Assembly (NCBI GenBank): GCA_017546665.1
Contig: JAFYSE010000035.1
Span: 5,425-69,424 of the forward strand
DNA: 64,000 bases
DNA from: Clostridia bacterium
Lineage (GTDB): Bacteria > Bacillota > Clostridia > Oscillospirales > Acutalibacteraceae
Reading direction: 5' to 3'
The notes below the pieces were generated by a model. That model was not told the DNA's origin, did no database searches, and worked only from the letters and a program-made list of their open reading frames with translations. Shown here piece by piece: positions 10,059-17,900 of the stretch. The first letter of the stretch is position 1. Every line of letters begins with the position of its first letter. A program made the translations under genes and the position numbers.

Positions 10059-11249
10059 TTAGTTAATTTTTGCTTTTTCTTTTAAAATTTCAACTTTATC
10101 TGTTTTTTCCCACATTACATCACAATCTGTTCTACCAACATGACCATAGGCTGCAAGTTGCTTGTAGATTGGATTACGAAGTTTAAGATTGTCAATAATT
10201 GCAGCAGGACGAAGGTCAAATACTTCGTTTACAATGTCACCGAGGTCAGAATCCTTGAGAACACCTGTGCCGAATGTGTCAACCATAACTGATACAGGTT
10301 TTGCAACACCAATAGCATAAGCTAATTGAATTTCACATTTTTTAGCAAGACCTGCAGCAACAATGTTTTTAGCAACATATCTTGCAGCATAAGCAGCAGA
10401 ACGGTCAACCTTTGTTGGGTCTTTACCTGAAAAAGCACCGCCACCATGACGTGAATATCCTCCGTATGTATCAACGATGATTTTTCTGCCTGTAAGACCA
10501 GAGTCACCCATAGGTCCACCAATTACAAAACGACCTGTTGGGTTAACAAAAATCTTTGTGTTTTCGTCAATAAGATTTGCAGGAACGATTGGTTCTATAA
10601 CATTCTTTTTGATATCTTCACGAATTTGTGCAAGTTCAACATCAACGCTGTGCTGTGATGAAACAACAATAGCATCAATTCTAACGGGATTTCTGTCATC
10701 GTCATATTCAACGGTAACCTGAGTTTTGCCGTCAGCACGAAGATATGGGAGAGTACCGTCTTTTCTTACCTTTGTAAGCTGAACTGCAAGTTTATTTGCA
10801 AGTGAAATTGGCATTGGCATAAGTTCAGGTGTTTCGTCACAAGCGAAGCCGAACATCATACCTTGGTCACCCGCACCATTAAGGTTATAGAAATCATCGT
10901 TTCCTTCCTTGATTTCCATAGAGTTATCAACGCCAAGTGCAATATCAGCAGATTGTTTGTCAAGTGCAACAAGAACAGCACAAGTGTTACCATCAAAACC
11001 TTTTGCACTATCATCATAACCGATTTCAAGAACAGTATTACGAACAATTTCAGGAATATTTACCTGAGCATTTGATGTGATTTCACCCATAACAAGAACT
11101 TGTCCTGTTGTAACAGTTGTTTCACAAGCAACACGGGACATTGGGTCCTGTGCAAGCATTGCATCAAGAATTGAGTCGGAAATTTTGTCACAGATTTTAT
11201 CAGGATGACCTTCTGTAACTGATTCAGATGTAAATAAAAATTTTGCCAT
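10059..11249 (-). CDS. metK: S-adenosylmethionine synthetase
   Basis: [28 protein letters not shown] and [19 protein letters not shown] motifs. ATG 11249 follows GGAGG. It is preceded by a SAM-I riboswitch. Confidence 0.97.
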   Translation of the reverse strand: MAKFLFTSESVTEGHPDKICDKISDSILDAMLAQDPMSRVACETTVTTGQVLVMGEITSNAQVNIPEIVRNTVLEIGYDDSAKGFDGNTCAVLVALDKQSADIALGVDNSMEIKEGNDDFYNLNGAGDQGMMFGFACDETPELMPMPISLANKLAVQLTKVRKDGTLPYLRADGKTQVTVEYDDDRNPVRIDAIVVSSQHSVDVELAQIREDIKKNVIEPIVPANLIDENTKIFVNPTGRFVIGGPMGDSGLTGRKIIVDTYGGYSRHGGGAFSGKDPTKVDRSAAYAARYVAKNIVAAGLAKKCEIQLAYAIGVAKPVSVMVDTFGTGVLKDSDLGDIVNEVFDLRPAAIIDNLKLRNPIYKQLAAYGHVGRTDCDVMWEKTDKVEILKEKAKIN

Positions 11250-11262
11250 ATCTTTGTCCTCC

Positions 11263-11293
11263 AAAAAAGATAAGCACCCATAAGGGTGCCTTT
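11263..11293 (-). terminator. Expression-platform terminator of the SAM riboswitch
   Basis: On the minus strand: aaggcaccc-ttat-gggtgctt followed by atctttttt, directly 5' of the metK RBS. Confidence 0.8.
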
Positions 11294-11302
11294 AATAAAC
11301 AA

Positions 11303-11398
11303 CCTTATATCTCGGAAAATCCGCAGGAATTAGCACCACGCATAAAGCAGGTTGCCGGGTTTCATAGGGCCAGACCCTCCACCACTCTGCATAAGGAA
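11303..11398 (-). promoter_or_regulatory. SAM-I (S-box) riboswitch
   Basis: The minus strand reads TTCCTTATGCAGAGTGGTGGAGGGTCTGGCCCTATGAAACCCGGCAACC...GGTGCTAATTCCTGCGG...GAGATATAAGG. This matches the S-box core almost position for position. Confidence 0.93.
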
Positions 11399-11416
11399 AA
11401 TATTTAATTCTTAATT

Positions 11417-11444
11417 ATTTTATCATAAAAATTTCAGTTGTCAA
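11417..11444 (-). promoter_or_regulatory. Sigma-A promoter for the SAM riboswitch-metK unit
   Basis: The minus strand reads TTGACA-16 nt-(TGa)TAAAAT. The -35 abuts the ribU stop codon at 11445. Confidence 0.6.
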
Positions 11445-12035
11445 CTACATAGTGTATTTTTTTACAGCTTTTTCAATACTGTAATATACTGGATAGAAAG
11501 GTATTACATTAAAAGTAGCTTTTACAGCGTTTAATGCAGTTGAACCCCAAACACCAGCCCAATATGTTTCCGCAACAAATGGTATTCCAATTAACTTATA
11601 AAAAATTGGAGTAAAAACCATGTTAGCTAACCAACCTACGATAATTGTAATTAAGATTGTGATGATAGCAGATATAATATATGTTCTAAATGAAAACTTT
11701 TTTTCCTTAAATATTTTTGAAAATAACTTTGTAAAACCATACATCGAAAGTATAATTCCCGTACCCATTACAACATTCATAATTTCACCGATACCAACAG
11801 TTGTTGTACGAGTAAGATGAATAATATTTTTGATGATTTCAACTAATATGCCGTGTACGGGTCCTAATACAAGACCAGTTAAAATAGCAGGGAAGTCCGA
11901 GAAATCAATCTTCATATAGCTTACACCGGGAATAATATTTATTTCAGGAAAAACCATATAAATAATTGATGCAATGGCAGTCATAACTGCAGTAACTGTG
12001 AGTTTAAATGTTTTTGAATTTCTTGTGTTTGACAT
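11445..12035 (-). CDS. ribU: ECF-transporter S component, riboflavin-specific (RibU-like)
   Basis: A roughly 196-aa polytopic membrane protein of the ECF S-component type. It lies directly downstream of an FMN riboswitch. ATG 12035 follows AAGGAG. Confidence 0.75.
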   Translation of the reverse strand: MSNTRNSKTFKLTVTAVMTAIASIIYMVFPEINIIPGVSYMKIDFSDFPAILTGLVLGPVHGILVEIIKNIIHLTRTTTVGIGEIMNVVMGTGIILSMYGFTKLFSKIFKEKKFSFRTYIISAIITILITIIVGWLANMVFTPIFYKLIGIPFVAETYWAGVWGSTALNAVKATFNVIPFYPVYYSIEKAVKKYTM

Positions 12036-12072
12036 TATTATTTCTCCTTTTATTTGATTAGTTGTCAAACAG

Positions 12073-12099
12073 AAAAAGCCCTGCTATTTTTAGCAGGGC
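12073..12099 (-). terminator. Expression-platform terminator of the FMN riboswitch
   Basis: On the minus strand: gccctgcta-aaaa-tagcagggc followed by ttttt. Confidence 0.8.
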
Positions 12100-12118
12100 A
12101 ATGTAACTTGTTTAAAGT

Positions 12119-12236
12119 TGCATCTTCTTTCATCCGGACTATACCGTCGGTATGGGAATTACACCCATTCAGCCACTTAGGCTCGTGGACTTTAACCACC
12201 GGTGGAGAATTTCACTCCGCCCTGAAGACAACTAAT
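12119..12236 (-). promoter_or_regulatory. FMN riboswitch (RFN element)
   Basis: The minus strand reads GTCTTCAGGGCGGAGTGAAATTCTCCACCGGTGGTTAAAGTCCACGAGCC...GGGTGTAATTCCCATACCGACGGTATAGTCCGGATGAAAGAAGA. This matches the conserved RFN core. Confidence 0.93.
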
Positions 12237-12241
12237 TTATC

Positions 12242-13477
12242 TTATGAATTTATTATAGCATTGTGATTCTTTTTGTCAATAGATTTATTTGATACTGTAA
12301 GCATTGAAATCGCCACAATCATCATAATAGGGAATATAGCACCAAAACCAAGTCCGGTCTTTAATGCTTCTCCCGATACTGAATTAGTTGACATCTTTAT
12401 TGTCATAAAACTAATAAACCAAGGACCTAAAGTGCAACCTGTATCACCTGAAAGAGCAAGAACACTATACATTGAACCTCCGCCTTTTGGGAAATGTCTT
12501 GCAGCAAGGCTTAATGTAGCAGGCCACATAATACTTACAGTAATGCCTGTAAATGCACAAGTTAAAAGTGATATTATTTGACTTCTTATGAAACATGTAC
12601 CGAGATAAGATAAAGCACAAAGTCCAGCAGAAATAGTCAAAGCAGTTTTAAGATTAATTTTCTCACCAACAAAACCGAAAATCATTCTTCCTGACCCCAT
12701 AAGGATTGCAAATAGACAAGGACCTAAAATGTCACCTGTTATTTTTGATACTTTTAAACCTGCCTCAGCAAAGTATGATGACCATTGTGACATTCCAATT
12801 TCAGATGCACCTGAGCAAATCATTATAACAATTAATAGTAAAAATTGTTTTGAGAAAAGCATTTTAAAAAATGGAGTTTTTTCTTCACTTGTTAGATTTG
12901 GTTTAATCGGTACGCCAATAAAATTAATTGTGTTAGCAAGTGGAATGACTGACCAGATAATAGGTGTGATATACCAAAGGTCATTACCTAAAAGTTTGAT
13001 TATAATTGTTGTAAGGAGTACAACTATAACTTGACCCCAACAATAGAAAGAGTGGAGAAGACTCATTTCCGCTGTTTTCTTTTCACCTGGAATAGATTCA
13101 ACTATAGGACTGATAATAACTTCGGTAATGCCACTGCCAATAGCAGAAAGAATAATTGAAAATACGATACCTGCATAGGCGTTACTTATGATGTTAGGTA
13201 AAATACCTAAACAAGCAAGACCTAAAAATGCAACACCTTGTGAAATGACAGCGAGTGGTTTGTACCCAATCTTATCAACAAATTTTATTGATATTGTATC
13301 TACAAACAACTGTGTCGCAAAATTAATAGTAATTAGCAGTGAAAGTTTAGAAAGGGTAATGTTAAACTTGTCATTAAAAATCACAAATAATAGGGGAGCA
13401 ATGTTATTTATGATACCTTGAACAATATATCCTGAATAACAAGCAATTTTTGTACCTGTAAAAGTTCTTTTTTTCAT
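12242..13477 (-). CDS. MFS transporter
   Basis: 411 aa with about 12 hydrophobic segments in two halves separated by a central loop. Its start codon directly abuts the manA stop (13478/13477). Confidence 0.8.
   Translation of the reverse strand: MKKRTFTGTKIACYSGYIVQGIINNIAPLLFVIFNDKFNITLSKLSLLITINFATQLFVDTISIKFVDKIGYKPLAVISQGVAFLGLACLGILPNIISNAYAGIVFSIILSAIGSGITEVIISPIVESIPGEKKTAEMSLLHSFYCWGQVIVVLLTTIIIKLLGNDLWYITPIIWSVIPLANTINFIGVPIKPNLTSEEKTPFFKMLFSKQFLLLIVIMICSGASEIGMSQWSSYFAEAGLKVSKITGDILGPCLFAILMGSGRMIFGFVGEKINLKTALTISAGLCALSYLGTCFIRSQIISLLTCAFTGITVSIMWPATLSLAARHFPKGGGSMYSVLALSGDTGCTLGPWFISFMTIKMSTNSVSGEALKTGLGFGAIFPIMMIVAISMLTVSNKSIDKKNHNAIINS
12252..12279 (-). promoter_or_regulatory. 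Sigma-A promoter for the FMN riboswitch-ribU unit, embedded in the 3' end of the MFS gene
   Basis: The minus strand reads TTGACA-16 nt-(TGc)TATAAT. The predicted start falls at about the MFS stop codon, just 5' of the riboswitch. Confidence 0.6.
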
Positions 13478-14425
13478 TTATATTCGTGTGATAATTACTT
13501 CAATATTTCCACAAATTTTGAATTCACCATAATTTGCAGGAATAAAAAGACTATCTCCTTTTTTTATTTCAATTTCGTCAATTTTACCTATACCGTCCGT
13601 TACAAGTACAGAAACGAATGTTTTTTCGTCCGCCTTGGAAACATAAATATTTGAAATGTTTACTTTTTCAACATTAAATAGTTCACATTTTGTGAGTAAC
13701 TGTTTTGAATAACCGTCGCAAACAACAAGTTCACCTTCGGGGTCAGTTGAGCGTACAGGTGGTGTACAATTTGTAACATCAATGGCTTTGGCAACGTGTA
13801 AATCGCGTGGCTTACCGTCAGCACCAAGTCTGCCATAGTCATAAACTCTGTATGTAGTGTTAGAATTCTGCTGAATTTCTGCAAGTAATATTCCCTTACC
13901 AATAGCGTGGAGTGTTCCTGCCTCAATAAAGAATAAATCGCCTTTTTTTACTTTAACTTTATTTACAGTTTCAAGGAATGTGTTGTCAGCAATTTTCTCT
14001 TTGAATTCTTCACTTGAAATTGTTCTGTTAAATCCATAGATAAGTTCTGCGTCTTCTTCACAGTCAAGAATATACCAACATTCAGTTTTACCATATTCAT
14101 TTTCAACACGCATTGCATATTCATTGTCAGGGTGAACCTGAACAGATAAATCATCTTTTGCATCAATAAGCTTTATAAGAATAGGGAAATACTCAAACTT
14201 CTTACCGTTTTCGCCTAAAATTTCAGGGTTTGATTTTACAACTTCAGACAAAGTTTTACCTGCCAATTCACCATTTTCTATTGTATTTTCTCCGTCTTTG
14301 TGGCAAGAAAGCATCCAACCTTCAGCAAGCTTTGAAAGGTCAGACTTAAAACCATATTCATTACGAAGTTTAGTTCCGCCCCAGAGATAGTCTTTAAAAA
14401 CAGGGTTTAATTTAAGAATATACAT
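13478..14425 (-). CDS. manA: Mannose-6-phosphate isomerase, class I
   Basis: MYILKLNPVFKDYLWGG, LSVQVHPD and ECWYIL motifs of the cupin-type phosphomannose isomerases of Firmicutes. Confidence 0.88.
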   Translation of the reverse strand: MYILKLNPVFKDYLWGGTKLRNEYGFKSDLSKLAEGWMLSCHKDGENTIENGELAGKTLSEVVKSNPEILGENGKKFEYFPILIKLIDAKDDLSVQVHPDNEYAMRVENEYGKTECWYILDCEEDAELIYGFNRTISSEEFKEKIADNTFLETVNKVKVKKGDLFFIEAGTLHAIGKGILLAEIQQNSNTTYRVYDYGRLGADGKPRDLHVAKAIDVTNCTPPVRSTDPEGELVVCDGYSKQLLTKCELFNVEKVNISNIYVSKADEKTFVSVLVTDGIGKIDEIEIKKGDSLFIPANYGEFKICGNIEVIITRI

Positions 14426-14453
14426 ATTAACACTCCTTAAACAATTTCAAGAT

Positions 14454-14482
14454 ATTTTAACACATATAATCTATCTTTTCAA
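14454..14482 (-). promoter_or_regulatory. Sigma-A promoter of the manA-MFS operon
   Basis: The minus strand reads TTGAAA-17 nt-TAAAAT, about 25 nt upstream of the AAGGAG RBS of manA. Confidence 0.55.
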
Positions 14483-14558
14483 GAATGTTGAAAGGTTTAT
14501 GTAGATGACTTCTATTTTTCATTTGGCAAAAAGTGCAAATTGTGAAAATAAAAATGTA

Positions 14559-14587
14559 TTGAATAATTCTCCAATTTATGCTAAACT
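14559..14587 (+). promoter_or_regulatory. Possible promoter (TTGAAT-17-TAAACT) firing into the inverted-repeat element
   Basis: Hexamers read from the sequence. The predicted start lies within a few nt of the left repeat arm at 14595. Confidence 0.35.
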
Positions 14588-14594
14588 TAAGATT

Positions 14595-14747
14595 GCCAAA
14601 CCAATTGAATATAAAAATAAGGGCAGTTTCTATTTTTTATAGGGATATTATGCTCGTATTTGCATATTTGTATTATGAATTTGATAAAAACGCAAATTCT
14701 ATCAATACGAATGTGCTTAATTGCCCTTTATATTGAATTGGTTTGGC
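14595..14747. repeat. Long-range inverted repeat (about 26-31 nt arms enclosing 96 nt) in an ORF-poor intergenic region
   Basis: The left arm is gccaaaccaattgaatataaaaataagggca (14595-14625). The right arm is tgccctttatattgaattggtttggc (14722-14747). Pairing is 12 bp perfect, one mismatch, 8 bp perfect, a 5-nt bulge, then 5 bp perfect. Confidence 0.8.
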
Positions 14748-14770
14748 GACTATCGGGGTTTGCGTTTTTT

Positions 14771-14805
14771 GTGCGGCTGCTTCGGTGGTCGCACTTTTTG
14801 TTTTT
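14771..14805 (+). terminator. Plus-strand intrinsic terminator with a UUCG loop, not preceded by any CDS
   Basis: gtgcggctgc-ttcg-gtggtcgcac forms a 10-bp stem including G-U pairs, followed by tttttgttttt. The minus strand has no U-run after the stem. Confidence 0.6.
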
Positions 14806-14893
14806 GGGGGAGATTTTTATGAGATTTTAAAATTTTTATACTAGTGGATTTTTGGGTAATTTAAATAAAAAAAGTACAATTTCATATTTACTA

Positions 14894-14922
14894 TTGTATT
14901 TGTTTCATATATGTAATATAAT
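14894..14922 (+). promoter_or_regulatory. Candidate sigma-A promoter of the LRR protein gene
   Basis: TTGTAT-17 nt-TATAAT, about 45 nt upstream of the AAAGGAGG RBS and ATG 14969. Confidence 0.45.
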
Positions 14923-14968
14923 TGAATTGTGAAATTGTAGTATTTTTCCATAAAGGAGGAAAATTATT

Positions 14969-17900
14969 ATGAAAAAGATAAACCAAGTTTTATCAATTAT
15001 CCTCGCAATTCTTATGGTGATGTCAACCATTCCTATCACAGCCACTGCTGCTACTGCCACATACTCAGACGTTTGTGGCAAAAACCTTATATGGACTTTG
15101 GATGAATCTACCGGTACATTGACCATTTCTGGTACAGGTGATATGTATGACGGTGAATTTAGTTATCCTTCTTGGAATGCTAATTTAGTAGAAAGTGTTA
15201 TAATATCTGAAGGTGTAACATCAATTGGTGAATTAGCATTTTGTTATAACACAAATATTAAAAATGTATCAATAGCTGATAGTGTAACTGATATTGGTGA
15301 TGAAGCATTTTATAATTGCACAGGGCTTACTGATATTGTAATTGGTGAGGGTGTAACTAATATTGGTTATCGTTCTTTTTATAACTGTACCGGGCTTACT
15401 AATATTGTAATCGGTACTGGTGTAACAAGTATTGGTGAATTTGCATTTCAGAAGTGTTCAAATCTTGAAACTGTAACAATTTATAATGCTGTGGAAGAAA
15501 TTTGTGAATATGCATTTAATTGGTGCTCAAAATTAACAGATGTTTATTATTTTGGCACTGAATCAGAATGGAATGCTATTAAAAAAGCCACTCTTTTAAG
15601 TAAAACTGGTCTTGAAAATGCAACAATTCATTTCCTTGGTGAAGAAACACACGAGTGCTCATATAATGCAGTTGTAACTCCACCAACTTGTACAGAGCAA
15701 GGTTATACTACCTACACTTGTATTTGCGGAGACAGTTATATTGATAATTATGTTGATGCAACAGGTCATTCAGACAACGATGACAATGGTCTTTGCGACG
15801 ATTGTGGTGAAGTTGTAAATAAGTTATCAGGCACTTACGGTGAAAATTTAACTTGGTCTTTTGATGAGATAACAGGCACATTGACAATTTTTGGTGAAGG
15901 TGCTATGGACGACGATGTTTATAATTATTATGGACTTCCGTGGAAAGATTTCAAGTATGAAATTGTAAACGTTGTTATAAGTGATGGTGTAACATCAATC
16001 GGGTTAGGTGCATTCGAATTATGTATAAACGTTAAAAATATTACAATTCCTGATAGTGTAACAATTATTGGAGAATGGGCTTTTTCTAACTGTGACCACA
16101 TTACAAAGGTAGTTATTCCCGAAGGTGTTGAAGAAATCGGTGAGGGTGCTTTTAATCATTGCGATTATCTTGATACGGTCGTAATTCCAGGTAATGTGAA
16201 AGTGCTCGGTGACCGTGTATTTGGAGATTGCAAAAAGCTTGCAAATGTTACGCTTGGTGAGGGTATCACGAATTTGGGACTTTACACATTTGATGATTGT
16301 ATAAATCTTACTGATATTGTAATTCCTGAAAGTGTTACAAGCCTTCGTGGCATGAATTTTGCAGGGTGTACAAATCTTAAAAGCATTACAATTCCTGCCA
16401 CACTCACAGGAATTGGCTATGGAACTTTTGGCGATTGTATCAATCTTCAGGATGTTTATTATAACGGTACAGAAGAAGATTTTTTAGATATTGAAGCCTA
16501 CGGTAAAAACGCACCATTATTTGCAGCAACCCTCCATTGTGAAAGTTCAAATCATACTCATAATTATGTTAAAGTTGGCGAAGTTGCAAAAACTTGTGAA
16601 GTAGATGGTTATACACAATATGCATGTATTTGTGGTCGTTCTTATAAGGGTGATTATGTTGAAGCATTAGGCCACGTCTATGACGATGGCGTTGTAACAA
16701 AAAATCCCACTTGTGATGCAACTGGTGTTAAAACGTTTACTTGTTCAGTTTGTGGTGAAGGTAAATATACAGAAGCAATTCCCAAAAAGGGTCACAACTA
16801 TGATGATGGTGTTGTAACAACAGAACCTACGTGTACAACTAATGGTATTAAAACGTTCACATGTTCAAACTGTGGCGATAAATATACAGAGTCAATTGAC
16901 AAACTTACAGAACATAATTATGAATTGATTATAAATTTAACACCTAGTGAAACAGAATGTGTTAAGAACTATAAATGCACAGTTTGTGGTGATACTTATA
17001 CTGAAACTGTAAATGCGTCAGGTCACACAAAGGTTATTGTTTCTGAAATTGCTCCAACAGAAACACAACCCGGTCTTACAGCGGGTGTTTATTGTTCAGC
17101 GTGTGATGCAGTGCTTTTAGAACAACAAATCATCCCTGCATTAGGCACAACTGATGATGCTTCAAATATCTCTTCAGGAACATGTGGCACTAAGGCTACT
17201 TGGACATTTAATAAAGAAACAGGTGCGTTGACTATTTCAGGCACAGGTGCGATGACAGCATATAAATATAATCAAGCACCTCAGTGGGATTATTTAAAGT
17301 CAAAGATTAAATCAATCGTTATAAAAGATGGTATCACAGCAATTGGTGATTATGCATTTAAAGGATATACAAATCTTATGTATGTGTCAATTTCTGACAC
17401 AGTAACACAAATTGGCGCCAATGCATTTGCTGGATGCTCTTCTCTTGTTCATATAACGCTTTCAGGCAATATTTATTTTATATACGCTTCAGCATTTGAG
17501 GGCTGTTCAAAACTTAATAGTGTTACTATTGGCAGCAATTTAATGATTATCAATAACAAAGCGTTTAAAGATTGTAATGCGCTTACTGATGTTTTTTATG
17601 TAGGTACAGAAGAACAGTGGAATGCGATTTCTATTGTTGAGACAGGTAATTCTTCAATTGCAAATGCAAAAGTACATTATAACACCACAGAAAAGCAACA
17701 TTACTATACTGTTTTTGAGCTTGAACCAACTTGTACCGAAGCCGGATATACAAAATTTGTATGTGAGTGTGGAGACGAATATACAGTGAATTATCCTGCT
17801 CTTGGTCATAATTTAGTAGAAACTCCGGTAATTCTTCCAACAACTGAAAGTGTTGGATACACAAAAGGTGAAAAATGTACATATTGCAATATGGTAACAG

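Noticed and set aside
12054-12266. 70-aa + strand ORF in the track.
   Set aside because: It lies exactly over the minus-strand FMN riboswitch and its terminator. It has no SD, and its sequence is explained by the RNA element.
14505-14736. Two small + strand ORFs in the intergenic region (14505-14642, 45 aa; 14650-14736, 28 aa), whose peptides look related (KSANCENKNVLNNSPIY versus KNANSINTNVLNCPLY).
   Set aside because: The resemblance comes from a degenerate direct DNA repeat, roughly two-thirds identical by manual alignment. The second ORF has no SD. Both run through the inverted-repeat arms. I treat them as non-coding but mention them in case they are gene remnants.
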